Shown here: piece after piece, positions 49,301-63,783 of the stretch
Layout: the number at the start of each line of letters is the position of its first letter
Numbering within the stretch: position 1 is the stretch's first letter
Source: Owenia fusiformis
Taxonomy: Eukaryota
DNA: 64,000 nucleotides
Assembly (NCBI GenBank): GCA_903813345.2
Contig: CAIIXF020000001.1
Location: 21,700,001 to 21,764,000, forward strand
Direction of reading: 5' to 3'
Notes under the pieces: model-generated
Databases searched by the model: none
What the model saw: the letters and a program-made list of their open reading frames with translations, nothing else
Told to the model about the DNA's origin: nothing
Translations under genes and position numbers: made by a program

Positions 49301-52300
49301 GTTATGGTCTCCGTTTTTTTGCGACGGCGGTTGGTGGTTGGTGGTTGGAGGTTGGCGTCCGGCGTCTGTAACAATTTCTTACAACTTCCTATAACTTAAC
49401 AAATACTGTTTAGACTGACTTCAATTTTTTTCTAAATCATCTACATGTTCTCAGAAGTTCAAATCTGACTTTAGATTTGACATTTGACCTTCAATGACCT
49501 TCTCAAGGTCAAAAAGGTCTTTTTTCAACTTGCTTCACATTGACTAAATTTTTTTTCAAAATCATCTACATGTTCTCAGAAATTCAAATCTGACTTTAGA
49601 TTTGACTTTAGATTTGACATTTGACCTTCAAATCTGACTTTAGATTTGACATTTGACCTTCAATGACCTTCTCAAGGTCAAAAAAGGTCTGTTTTCAACT
49701 TGCTTCAAATTGACTAAATTTTTTTTTTAAAATCATCTACGTGTTCTCAGAAATTCAAATCTGACTTAAGATTTGACATTTGACCTCCAATGACCTTCTC
49801 AAGGTCAAAAAGGTATTTTTTCAACTTGCTTCACATTGACTAAATTTTTTTTCAAAATCATCTACATGTTCTCAGAAATTCAAATTTGACTTTAGATTTG
49901 ACTTTAGATTTGACATTTGACCTTCAAATCTGACTTTAGATTTGACATTTGACCTTCAATGACCTTCTCAAGGTCAAAAAAGGTCAAAAAGGTCTGTTTT
50001 CAACTTGCTTCAAATTGACTAAATTTTTTTTTCAAAATCATCTACGTGTTCTCAGAAATTCAAATCTGACTTAAGATTTGACATTTGACCTTCAATGACC
50101 TTCTCAAGGTCAAAAAAAAGGTCTGTTTTCAACTTGCTTCAGATTGACTACATTTTTTTTCAAAATCATCTATGTGTTCTCAGAAATTCAAATCTGACTT
50201 TAGATTTGACTTAAGATTTGACATTTGACCTTCAATGACCTTCTCAAAGTCAAAAAAGGTCAAAAAGGTCTTTTTTCAACTTGCTTCAAATTGACTAAAT
50301 TTTTTTCAAAATCATCTACATGTTCTCAGAAATTCAAATCTGACTTTAGATTTGACATTTGACCTTCAATGACCTTCTCAATGTCAAAAAAGGTCAAAAA
50401 GGTATTTTTTCATCTTGCTTCAAATTGACTCAATTTTTTTTTCAAAATCATCTACATGTTCTCAGAAATTCAAATATGACTTTAGATTTGACATTTGACC
50501 TTCAATGACCTTCTCAAGGTCAAAAGGTCAAAAAGGTCTTTTTTCAACTTGCTTCAAATTGACTAATTTTTTTTTTCAAAATCATCTACATGTTCTCAGA
50601 AATTCAAATCTGACTTTAGATTTGACATTTGACCTTTAATGACCTTCTCAAGGTCAAAAAAGGTCAAAAAGGTCTGTTTTCAACTTGCTTCAAATTGACC
50701 AAATTTTTTTTTCAAAATCATCTACATCTTTTCAGAAGTTCAAATTTGACTTTACAAGTTCTCAGAAGTTCAAATTTGACTTTACAAGTTCTCAGAAGTT
50801 CAAATCTGACTTAAGATTTTTTTAACTTGCTTCAGATTGAACAATTTCTTTTTTCAAAATCATCTACAAGATCCCAGAAGCTCAAATCTTCAAAAACCTT
50901 CTTAAGGTCAAAAGGTATTTCCCAACTTGCTTTAAATTGACCAAATTGTTTTAGGTGGTGACATTTTGTCATGTTAATGCCTTGTTATTAATTTGTAGGC
51001 TACAGCTAAGTTTCTTCTGCGTCGCACCAAGAAGAAGCTCAATACACTTCCAAAGGAAATGGCTCATGGCAGGTAATACATGCATATTTCGTAAAAATAG
51101 GTCTGAAATTGAAAGAGACCATTCTTTGTAAAAGTCACAGTAATAGATCCATATAGCTTCAGAAAGTCTTGCAATTCAAATGATCCCAGCTTTATTTTAA
51201 TTTCTATTTTTGTTCTACATTTTGTCCCTAATTGCATTTGTCTTGTATGTACTAATTACATTTGTATTAATTATTCATGAAATATAAATCGATTTGAAAA
51301 AAAATGTTTTGTTATAGCTGGAGCAAGGAATACAGAAAAGATATTGTTATTGATATATTAAAACTGATTTTTTTGCAGGAGCATGATGAAAAATGTGCGA
51401 CTGGGACATGGTCTGTTCTACATGATCAACAAAGAGAGACATGACAAGGTAGAATATCATTATTTAGGAGCCCTTTGTTATTTTTTATGACCCATTGGGT
51501 AGCATTATTTATAAGCTTTATTTTACTAAAAAAGATTATCTATTTGTGATCACTGATTAGTATCATTATTTGTGAGTCCTTTGGTAGCATTCGTGACCCA
51601 GGGGTTCAGATCTTAATAAAAAGAACTCTGAATATAAGAGATAAGGCTCAGTATATTAATTATATTAATTATTATTTTTCTACAAGATATAATGAAGATC
51701 ATTGAGAGTGAATTACATTTATACCAATGCAGCTAAAACTTGTTGAATGAAATGGAGTCATAATTGAAGATTCTTCTTGGCATTACTTCAAACTTACCTT
51801 GTCACATTCTTTTGATGATTAAACTCTAACTTTCATAAACATGAATTTAAAGATATATAATAGTCATATTCAAAAAAACTCTACATTCAAATTATTTGAA
51901 CTCTATGGCATATCAGGTTAAATTAATGCCAAATATGGAGGTCAATGTTCTCTTGGTCTTTAAGGTCATAGCTGACTTATATGATAATGAAAATGTGAGT
52001 TTTTGTTTTGAAAATGTGAGTTTTTGTTTTGTTTTATTACTAAAATTTATAATCAATAGATTAGGCACTAAGTTCAGAACATACCATGAAAACAGGAGAG
52101 GGGGACTTTGAGTTTTCAATCTCAAAACAATTGAACAGATTATTTTGTCTTACAATATTCAAAACATGTGCTAATTTAATCCTATAAGCACAGAGTGTTG
52201 TCTATACACAAATGTACATATATTGTGTGTATTCTAGGAGCAGGTAAACATTACAGATTAGAATCCTCCTTATCTGAATGCAACCTTTTATCAAATTATT

Positions 52301-55300
52301 GGCTTGAGTTGGCCATTCAGACCTTAGAACTTAACTGACACTGAATTGCATCCTAAAATTTCAAAATTGCAATGTTTTGCAGACAGAGATTAACTAATAT
52401 TAAGAATCTTTTCACAGGAATTTCTTTATTAAATGGAGTTTGAGTGTCATGGTTTCCCTTGCAATCTTGATTATATTTGTTAAAAAACAATTTTGATATC
52501 TGATCAAGTATTGATAAATGAAGGTCAACAGAATGTCAAATCTAACATTGAGGTCAGATATGAAATCCCTGCTTCCTTCTGTTGATTGTTTTTAAAACAT
52601 TTGCTCAGTATGAAGCAAGTTGAAAACTGATTTTTCAATTTCTTATATGTCAAAATCTGGACATCTTAGAACAGAATTAACTTTAATTGCTATAGGCCTA
52701 CAACTAAAACAGCATAGGGAATTGTAAGTGACCTATACATTATGCTGGAAATATTTCAAATGTTCTCAGTGATAATTAGGAACTTTCTCTAGTTTTATCG
52801 TAATACTTTTATAGATTATTGCAATAGAGAAAGAACGTAGGCGCTTAGATGATATCGCCAGAGCATCGTGGCAGGCTCCACGTTACGACTCATCTAGTGA
52901 TGAAACAGATGAAGACTTGGCTGAGAGTGTGGATTTACGCAGGTAGATATAAAATGCTATGTGATACAAATGTTCATCGAATTAACTTATTGTTATTTTA
53001 TACAAGATGAAGATATAGTAAAATTGTAAGTTTATTTTGAATTATTTTCACATATTTTGTTTGAGATTTTATTCAAATCAAAAAAAAGATATATCTGATT
53101 GAAAATGTTAGTAACAGCTTGATGTAGTCTGATAAAAAAATTATAACGAATAACTGAAATAAAATTGAATTGAAATGAAAAACATTTATTTGTTTTGCAA
53201 TCATCATTGGCTGATTGATGTTGTTAGACCAATGTCTTTACAATGAATAGAAATAACAGTTGTATATTGTATATTATTGTGTGAATTGTAAGAACGACAA
53301 GAGATTTTTTCTGTTGAGGTAAACATTTTTCATTTCATTTTTAGTTTCTTCAAAACAGAAGTCAGGTGCAGAAAAGATATTCCTACATGTCTTCATAATT
53401 ATGTTCTTTTACTGTTTAGATGATTCTTATAGATAGAAACCCCATATATAAGAGTTTAGACATTGTATGAACCAAATTCAAATTTTGAACTCTATTGACA
53501 AAATGTATTTATTAAATTATGAGATTTAATCAAATATTCACAAATATCACATATAAGGTATTTCACAATTTATGTACCATTTGTGATGCTTGTGAAAATA
53601 CATAACATGTTTTAGAGTGATAACAAAGGCCCCTCATTATCTACTGTGTAAATCAACCAATAGAATGCTATGTTATACTATCTATTCAATCTCTAGTATA
53701 TAGGTCAACTTCCCACTTGATTTGATTTTACAGGAATTTTTTTCATATATGAATTTACTTTAGTCTTATTTGTTTATGGTTTCCCTAATTCTGCAGCAGA
53801 TTCTCTCCTTCATAAAATAGTTGAGTAGGCTAGCTATTATTTAACATTGCTATTTATGACTTAGTTTATAAAAGGTTTCTCAAATGATTTGATGCCATGT
53901 AGTTTTGCCCTTTCACTTCATTTCCTCATCTCATTTTACATTAGATTGATTTCTCTAAAAATAAAAATTCTTGGGCAAAGCTGAATGTTGCATGATAACA
54001 CCATCTTGATTTATAGGGTCATGGTCGATTTTGATTTTGGGCTTTAAAAAATGAGATCAGGATTCTTTGTCACTTCCATGACCCTATAAATGGCAGTCTT
54101 GCATAAAATCCCAGATACATCCCCTGAGTAATCTCCCCACAATAATATGTTGGAGAATTAAGACTACAAAGGGAAAAACCTGAGACTTGATGCAAGACTA
54201 CCATTTGTACTTATAATCATGATTTGTCTTAATCTGCATGGTGAATGGTGTCTTCCTGATCTATTTCTAGTTATATGGTGACTCCGTTCGATGATCGAAC
54301 ACTAGACTCTCCCTCTCCTCCCCCTTATAGTAACCACAGCCCTGATAAACACAGTAGGGTTAATTTCTCTGGGTACGTAAGATCTAAGGCTTTATAGATG
54401 TGAATCTGGTATTTAATTATTAAAGAGCCACCTACTGATCCCTGAATTAGATCCAATATTGAAGGTTAATTAAAATCAGCATGTGGCTCTTTTATAGTAG
54501 TTACACTTATACTGAACAGTAAAACTTGTTGCACAAATGAACAAGCACACAAGTATCATCACATTCTTGTGATGACAATATATGTGTCCACTGAGACAGG
54601 TTTTACTGTACATGTATTTGTATATATAGTGCAAGTCTGTCTTATTCGTGTAGTCTAGATGATTTAGTGTTAAATTGATCTTTAAGTTGATGAGGGACTA
54701 GAAGAAGTCCATAATGAGACTCAATTGTACCGATGATGTCATAATCCAGCATCTCATCAAACACAGTATATGTGCATAAATTACCTATTTGGGATTAGTT
54801 CTAAACACAGACTTGCACAACATTATATTATATGCATGCCAAACATTTCATAAGAAAAATAAATGTCATAAAATGTCATGTATCTAATTTGTAACAAAAC
54901 AATTATTTTAACTATGTCAGAATTAAAACTATTGTAACTCACTATAATACTAGATTAGCAGTGAAAGTAATACCTTAACCTTAACAAAATTTTTTATTTG
55001 GAATGTGGGGTTTAATACAATGCCTTATAAGAAATTTAGTGTTTAACACTATGCCTTATTAGGAAAATGTGGGGGCTAAAACAATTCCTTATTAGGAATG
55101 TTAGGTTAACACAATACCTTTGTGCACTAAAAATTATAAAAATCAATATATAATCTTTTTCCTCAATGCATCATTTAGACTTGATGGTCCGTCGCGTGGT
55201 GTGAGTGCTGCAGTTAGTGGAAGATCAGGACATAGTAGTAAGAAGAAGAAGCAATTGAACCCATCAAGGCCATATACCCCACAACACAACCTTATAGGCA

Positions 55301-58300
55301 CTGAAACTGAGGAATCACCTGCTAAGTGAGTAATGAGAATTTATTGCAAATATGCTATGTTTTCTGCTTGAGTTGAAAAAATGTATATAATCAATTGAAA
55401 AATCTTTAAATCATTATTGTATGGATTTCTAGTTTGAGCCAGAGTTTGTGATGTCATGCCATTTGCACGCACTTCAGCATGTAAATATACAATGAAAACA
55501 CAAGCCACATGGTTGAATATACTGTCTTGTATTGTACATTACATAAATCAGTCTTAAGTTAATTAATGAACGATAAAAACTAATTGTAAATTAAACTTTT
55601 CTTTGTTTATCAAGACATTTTACAATATTATTAATACATTTTACCTAGTGTGCCAAAATACAGTATGGGCCAAAAGCATTGTACATTATATTGTTCAAGT
55701 AATAATCTGTGTGCCATTTGTATGCTTTAGGGAACCTCTGTTCAGACAGTTGTGTATACTGAATTGGCTACTGGAGGCTATGCAGACAGAGCCACCTATT
55801 GCCATGGGGCCAATCTCCAGGAGCTGGAATCTAAAGTAAAGCATATATTCCTTTAATCAAATGAAAAAGCTTCATAGCATTAATTCTTATATTCATACAC
55901 TCAAAAGCGTACTGTAGATGAATATACAGAAGACTGAATCTACATACTAACTAAATTTCCCGATCATAGACAGTTTTACCAAAAACAAAACAAAATAATT
56001 TTATTTTTCAAACAAGTCAGAGACCACTTTGAAATTATGCACTTTTATTGTTTTAATGACATAATTTTATTCAACAACAATAATTGATTCTAGGGAGATT
56101 GGTGGCACTAAAACTACAGTAAAAAGGCTTCAAAAAGAAAAGTCCAATGAAACCAAATGGGAGGCATGGGTCAATAATCAAAGCATTGGAAAGGTATGTC
56201 TTTGTATTTTTTTCTCATTGTTTAGAAAACTGTAATGCAAAGGACAGTAATGGTTTAGATAATAGTAGTTATTTAGGTTAAGTTTTACAGATTGGTAGGC
56301 CTATACTAAACAGCTAATGCATTTTGCACTTATTTATGCACTTTTTTATGCATTGCATTTGTTTTGTTCACAATGCTTGTGACACTAGGATGTATGTTTG
56401 CTTTTTGTTGCATTTTTGAAAGAAAGGTGTCGTTTTTTGAGTGCAAATATTTTGGAAATGTTTTTATTTTAGGATGAAGCACCAGCACGTTTGTCCAAAG
56501 CAAAGAAAAAGGTTTTCTGCATGTTTTTTGTTATAGCATGTTTTTACATTTGTTTCATAAACCATTTTTATTTCATCTAACATGTTTAAAATAAGTATAT
56601 GTGTTCCCATAATATACCAATTTATGTAAAATAACAGCCGTCTTACCCATATTTCATTTTTTCGTCCATCATATACATGTATGTTTTCCCTTTTCTGTTA
56701 CACTCATTGATTTCAAAGTAAAGTAGAAATAAGTCAATTTTGGATTTTAATGTGGCGTTTTAGATTTTCGACTTTGCTAATGATACAACTACATTTTAGT
56801 GTGAAAAGATCGTCATCCTCATTGCTTCTATTAGAAATGTAAAGTTTAATATTTTATCCAGAGCATGCAAAACCTCCCAATTAAATTGTGTCAGCTATTG
56901 CAATTCCATACAAACACACATTAAGGCTGATGATATGCATATCAATATCATTGAATCCATTAATTCCTTAAGATATAAAAGAATTAAAATTACTATTTGA
57001 ATACTGGATAGGATATTTGATATAAACATAACGTGAAATGTTAATATGTGACTGTATTTTTGCAAAAGTTGACACTTTTTGAAGCTTTTTCCCCCAAATA
57101 GGTGTTATTTCTTTTTGGATGATAATTTCTATGTTACTTGAATTGTGTATTTCCTGTATCAACCCCCACTTTTGCATGAGTGTGCACAAGTAAGCTTGTT
57201 TCATTGTGTTAACATATTTACTTATACAACCACGAGTACATGTACTCACTGTTTTAATATACCAGCGCACATATTAATGTTTGATTTTGATTAAGTCACA
57301 TCTTAAAACCATAAATAACAGAAAATCAAAGAAATAAGTCATTTTTAAGATAGCTTTCTATATATACTGCTCCTTTGACCACTTGATGCTCTTCATAACA
57401 CTGTCTAGATACAATATACAGGCTACTCCATTCTGAGGTAGATCAATATGTCTATATATGTAAAACAGTGTTCAGTTTTTATTCAATTGTAGTGAGGATA
57501 TTGCCCGTAGTTAATACATATTATATATTTTCAATTCAATTCAATTTATTTATTTCATAATATTTATTTCATAATATTTCTATACAAAAACCCAATCAGA
57601 AGTTTCAATTTTGAGTGACAGTGAATACTAATTCTCAAACCTCAGAACATATTTTCATAATATATAAGTTAATGACTAAATACCTTGCTTGTTGTATGGT
57701 AGAAAGCAGAGGCTGCCAGGATGATGTTAAATAGTCTCGTGGCAGGGGTGAGGTCTTCCACTACTGCAGCTCTTGTAAGTCATCCACTTGGGGTTCATCA
57801 CTGCAGTGTGCCAATCCTGCACCAGTGTCACCATGTAACGGTTGTCTTGGGTTGAATATGCCTCTCACATGTTTTGAATGTGTTTATATGTCACATATAC
57901 CTATAACACTGGTGTCGCAATTGTTTGGTTTTGAATATGTCTGGCACAGTTGTATTGAGTGGGTGTATACATCACACATACCTTAATCACAGGTGTCACA
58001 TTTTGATGTGTTACAGTTGTCATGAATTTGTCTATCTGTCTCTCTACATCCTCCTAAGCAGGTGTCCAGAAGCCGTACCTCCTTCTTCCCCCTGCTATAA
58101 CCAATTTGGAACCGCCCGATTTAACTGAATCACGTGATCTAATTATGCGCAATGACTTACACATGATTTCTGTCGCAGTGTTGCGACAGCCAATCAGATT
58201 ACGAGTTCTTAATCGGGGAAATGGTAACTGCTTATCGCAGGGGGTAAAAAGAAAGACTATATTCTGGATTTAGAAGCCCTGTGATCGGAGGATGGTCTCT

Positions 58301-61300
58301 CTAATTCCACAGTTGTTTTGAATGTGCTTCAATAGGACATTTATGTGATGATGCAATATTTCACGTTTTAACTTTTGCACTACTTATTGCATTGACCAGT
58401 CAGAATTGGCTGGCTCAATTTCTGTTGCAGTTTCTTGTCTCGTTTCGTGTGTATATGTATATGTCACATATACCTATGACATTAGTGTTGCTGATTTTAA
58501 AATGTCTGGCTCGTTTTGAATGTGTCTTTCTGTGTTTGTCACAATTGTTTTGAATGTTTATTTAACTCACATATCTTCTGGTTTCACAGTTGTCAAAATA
58601 AGTATCTTATACTGGTTCCACAATTATCTTAATGTTTGAATTGTCTTTGAAGTGTATGTCAATTGTGCCACACTTGTTTTGTTATACTGGTTCCACAATT
58701 ATCTTAATGTTTGAATTGTCTTTGATTTGTATGTCAATTGTGTCACACTTGTTTTGTTATACTGGTTCCACAATTATCTTAATGTTTGAATTGTCTTTGA
58801 AGTGTATGTCAATTGTGCCACACTTGTTTTGTTATACTGGTTCCACAATTATCTTAATGTTTGAATTGTCTTTGATGTGTATGTCAATTGTGTCACACTT
58901 GTTTTGTTATACTGGTTCCACAATTATCTTAATGTTTGAATTGTCTTTGATGTGTATGTCAATTGTGTCACACTTGTTTTGTTGACTGTACTGATACACA
59001 AATGTTCTAGAATATTTGATGACTGATACCAGAGATGATGAAGTATACGTTTCCATAATCTAAATATCATCTGGTAACATAATTGTCAATATGTGGGTGA
59101 ATTGAATACCAAAATACACACTTTTTTTCTTTAAAGATGCATTATACCATAGGTTTCTCCCCAAGACAATCAATGATGTCCTATTGTTATTGGTCATATA
59201 ATATCTCACATACCATGGATATATCTTGAGAATAACTTTTGGGTATATTATTGTCAAAATATTGAAATAATCAACAGAACAACCAAACTCCAGAATTAAA
59301 CAAAATCGATTCCTCGGCTAGTGAGTCACACAAGCACCCACAAGCGCCTTGAACCAGGCAGCCAAGCAGGTTCATGATAAACAAATTCAACGACTAATCA
59401 GATAACAGGAGGACTTTCCCGGTATATTCAAACTTCAGATTGAATTAATTTCTTAGAAAATAATTAGTTCGGCCAGCACAATCGCAAAATTAACACTGAA
59501 AGAGGGGGATTTAGAACTGCATCTTTGGTAAGTAGATGGGTGAATATGTGGTGAAACTCAATATGCAAAAAAGTCCAGAGCGGTCTTGATTGTGCTATCC
59601 TATATGGCATAGGGCCTCTTTAAGTATCACTTGAAAATGTGTGTGATATGACTCCTAAATATGTGTTTAAGCTGGAAAATTGGTTATGGAGTATAAGTAA
59701 AATGTTTAACACAAATGAATCTACTCTCTTGTGCATAATTGTAAATTATTCCATCTGGCTGATTTTTCATTTATCATATACAACCTTTATGCATGCATGT
59801 TTTATATTATCTTATTGTTATATTATATATTGAATTTTTGCACGCTTTCTGTAGCGCACTGTTCGTCGCACATTGCTTGGCTTGAGGGTAGGGGACCTTG
59901 ACTGTTAATGTTTGTTTTTGTTTGACTAGGCCTTGTTTGGACAAAGGCCTGGTCAAGACCTGTTAGTCAAGACCTGTTTTGACAAGGCATGTTGTCTGAT
60001 GGTATTCCTGATATCACTTTACTATGCATGTTATTTAGATTTAACCAACAAATTCTTGTTATACTTGTATGTATCATCTTCGTTCACTCGGCTCCCGTCG
60101 GTTGGATGAACGCAGTGAAGACCGAGCGTGCGAAGATGTGTAGATATGACTATATTTATGTATGCATGTTTACGATCTGTCAGTAATTGTGCATTGTTTT
60201 CTTGTGTTTTTTATCACCATCTGTTGTCTAGCAATTTGTCGCACAATGTGTACAACAAAAGGTTGTATCAGTTTGCGCAGTCTAAAAACTGCACAATCTT
60301 GCGTCCCAATCAAATTTTTGCACCACAAGATAGAACAAACTGTCAATACAAGTACAAACATATGAAGTTTGAAGTTTTGGTTTTAGGGGCCCAAAATTTT
60401 TTTTCACGCAAACACTGAGATTTTTTTCCTGACTCGAAATCTGAGCCCCGCCCTTGTTAGCTTCTGGATCCACCAGTGAGTTTTAGTGTAAAACTTTAAA
60501 TTAAAACTTGTGGTGCATTCATTGATTGTGTTCATCTTTCACTGTGGTTCTTTAAATGGAGCTCTGAGCTCTTGTTGTATTTATATTTACTCTCTTACTA
60601 TTATAGCCTCTTGTATCAGAAGGCATTCTATGGAATTATATTATATGAACTTTTATTTAGTCTTTGTTATAGATTAATATATTCTACTAAAACAAACATA
60701 AGCAATATGCCTCCAGTGAAGTCTGGTCTAAATTCACTTTGAAGTTCAAAAACAATTTTAGGCCTCAATATGTTGATTTATTTGATGTTTACATCCTTTT
60801 GATATTTCAGATTAGTAAGAGATTTTCTAAGACGTCACCACACAAATTAAAAAAGGCGCCATCTAATCTCCACGCACGTCAGGGCTCAGTAACGACCTCT
60901 ACCTCTAACAGTCCTCATGGCAGTATGAGTCAACTCAGTATGAGTAGGGCTGCATCAAACCAGGTTGGAATTCAGAAATATTTTAATCTTTTTTATTTAA
61001 CAAGAAGAGGCAGGGGGTGCTATTATGCAGTAGTAGGAGAAATGCTACTGGATCTTTATATGCCTTTAGCTATACATGCTTTCACGATTCACATGAAGTG
61101 ACTTAAAATTAGATTATTATTCATTGTTAGTACATCCATTCTATAACAGTTTGGCCACCTTGTATTAACCTCTTGAATACCAGCCTCTAAAAAGGATTTG
61201 AAACCAGACCATTTTTAATTTTTCGCCAGTTTTCGGGATATTTACATCTAAACACAATATTTTGTGTTTGATTTCATAAGAATAGTAAACATAGACCCAT

Positions 61301-63783
61301 GACATACATTTTAAAACACAATTTGTGAAGATTGGATAAAAATTGCCAAAGTTTTAGTGAAAGCAGTTTTAGCGAAAAATTCTGTGACAGTCGCTCTGGG
61401 TTCCCAATGGATTTTATTTGTGACAGATATATCCGTCATTCTGAGTATCCAAGAGGTTTAAATAAACAGTTCAAGCTCTATTATTGTCTATATTTTCAGA
61501 GTCTGATGCAAGCCCCTTCATCACCTGGTATTAATAATAAACAACATGAGATTACAGACATTCCTGAACATGGTGAGGTGTCCAGAGATGTTACTATTGA
61601 GAAACAGCCAGTAGAGGAGGAGGAAGTTGGAGGGGGTGGCTATGCTAAAGGTAAGAGTTAATTCTAGTTAATGAACAAAATTGATATATGGTTATCTGGT
61701 TAAAATGACATTATTTTGAAGCTATTAAGCTAGGTGTCCTACGATTCATCAAAATCATGTTCTACATTTCCAAAAAATCATCTTATCAACTTAACTACAT
61801 ATACATGTACTTGTAAATTTGAATGTCTTAACTCAGAATTAAATAGGGACTTACACTAGTAGTTAAGTGCAGCTATGAAATCTCTTCTATTTTCAACTAT
61901 CTCAATTTTTCAGGATTTTGTCTTGATCAAGAAACAAAGAATTTAGTGAATTTTTTGCACACCCAATGTATTATTTGGATTTGAAAATTTTGAAATAATT
62001 CTTTGCCTTTTTAATTTCTTTTAGGTTTATTTAAATTTCTGGATGACTACTATGCAACAATGAGATTAGAAGAGTCTAAAGCTAAAGGTGGCGCCGATAT
62101 AACCGAGGACAGCCAATCACTGACAATACATGACAATACAACAATTTCTCACGATGGTGCCAATTCTCCAAAGAAAAAGAAACATAGGATACGAGCCAAA
62201 TCAGAAAATAAAAAGACTGCAGACAATACATTCCATGTGAGTCTCATTATGTTAATTGGACTTTCTTTTGATTAATACAAAAATTGAAACAAAGCAATCA
62301 AATGATTTTAGTACAGAAATTTTACATTTATATCAATATTTATGGTACGTTGAATTAGGGGAAAGTGAGATATTGTTTTTGTATCTATTTTTCTTTTGAT
62401 AAGAGTTATCAACTTCATGAATAATTGCATGTGATATTGTGGCTTGCTTTATTCACCAATCCTGTTCCATCTTTAGCTTGAAGATGCTGCAGAAGAAAGG
62501 ATGCGGAGGATAATGGAACGGTCCATCAAAGAGGACACAATGTCAGTGAACAATCTAAGAGCTTCCAGGTTTATAAGACCGAAGAGGTGTGTAAATACTA
62601 AATATTATGGTTTGTTTTGGGATATTTTAGCAATCTTTTGTATATTTTTTTGATGTTTTTGCATGGTGTTGGTTTTGATTTTTGTTTTTTTTATAAGATT
62701 TATAGTGATTTGGGTGTGATTGAGTTATTTAAAGATTCTGTTAGATGCAACTTATGCCAATGGGCATCCAGCGGCATGATTTCATAGTGTATGTTATGCA
62801 AGAAATTATGAAATAAATTGAATTGAAAAAATGCCTTGGCATATCTTACTCTTGTCTTTAAAAAGAATTACAATATTTGCTCCACATAGATATAGTTCTG
62901 AATCTGGAAATATTAATATCAAGAATATCAAACAACCAGACAAGATAAGCAGAGTGAAATACAATTCAGCTAATGATAAACACTGTTTTAATTTCAGTTC
63001 TCCAGCTTTAGTTGAGTTCCAGAATAATGCCCTTAGTAACAAGTATGGTTCAATGGCTCTGAACATGAGACAACAGTTCTCTGAGGTTCATGAAGAGAAA
63101 GCCGTTGTGCTGCATGATGAATTGGAACACAGGGAGAGGTAGGTTTGATGTACTGATGGCTGTCTGTATTCTTGCTAATGACAGAGTGTTCCTAGAACTA
63201 GGCCCATTTCATAATGATATACATACAATGGAAAAGATTTTACCATACAAATCAGACTCCAAATTTTTGAGAGTAATTCCAGGTTTTATTCTTTGACACA
63301 AAAGAAGGAGTAAAATACTAGTTGTCCCACATCAGCATTCAATCAGGTCCAACATGTTAATAATGTTAATAGAATCAGGTCCAATATGTTAATGATGTTA
63401 ACAGAATCAGGGCCAACATGTTATTGATGTTAACAGAATCAGGTCCAACGTGTACATGATGTTAATAGAATCAGGTCCAACATGTTAATGATGTTAACAT
63501 AATTCAGGTCCAACATGTTAAAATGCTGGTAACATGTTAACAATAGTTATCACGTCAATTTCTTGAATGGAAAACAACCCTTTATTCATTTTTGTGTGAG
63601 TAATATACATGTGCATGTGAATTTCAGACAAAGACTGAAGGTGTGTCAGAACAAATATGTGTCACTGAGCAGTAAAGGTTTAGGTCTCCACCGTATGTTG
63701 GAAGATATGAGGGCCAGGAGTGCAACACTCATGGAAAGACCTGATGAGAAGAAAAATAAGAAACGCAGCGATCACCAAGCCTG
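43393..63783 (+). CDS. CCDC60: CCDC60-like coiled-coil protein; multi-exon, 3' end beyond the window
   Basis: Phase-consistent GT-AG exons: 43393-43680, 46069-46152, 50999-51072, 51379-51448, 52815-52942, 54271-54372, 55179-55325, 55731-55835, 56094-56193, 60811-60963, 61500-61650, 62025-62236, 62477-62586, 62998-63138, 63628-63783. The block RPYTP..EPLFRQLCILNWLLEAM..MGPISRSWNLKEIGGTK resembles the conserved CCDC60 block as recalled. The exon chain is more certain than the name. Confidence 0.75.
49173..50985 (+). mobile_element. HINE/DINE-type element, copy C
   Basis: Three hairpin modules, microsatellite, satellite array, and ggtggtgacattttgtcatgttaatgccttgt end; inserted at T|T. Confidence 0.87.
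54518..54608. repeat. Short CAGTAAAAC...GTTTTACTG MITE-like remnant; related ends at about 8370, 46164, 47215 and 48343
   Basis: cagtaaaacttgtt ... gacaggttttactg|ta inverted termini. Confidence 0.5.
58607..58983. repeat. 75-bp tandem repeat, 5 copies
   Basis: ttatactggttccacaattatcttaatgtttgaattgtctttga..cacacttgttttg repeated with period 75. Confidence 0.95.
59135..59619. mobile_element. TTAA-flanked dispersed element (Kolobok-like MITE)
   Basis: ttaa|agatgcattatacc ... ggcatagggcctct|ttaa with an imperfect TIR; homologous copies near 21.3 and 21.7 kb. Confidence 0.55.
63341..63540. repeat. 32-bp minisatellite, about 6 copies
   Basis: aatcaggtccaacatgttaatgatgttaacag recurs at 63341, 63373, 63405 and onward. 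Confidence 0.88.

Noticed and set aside
58632-58985. 117-aa repetitive hydrophobic ORF
   Set aside because: Product of the 75-bp tandem repeat; no splice support.
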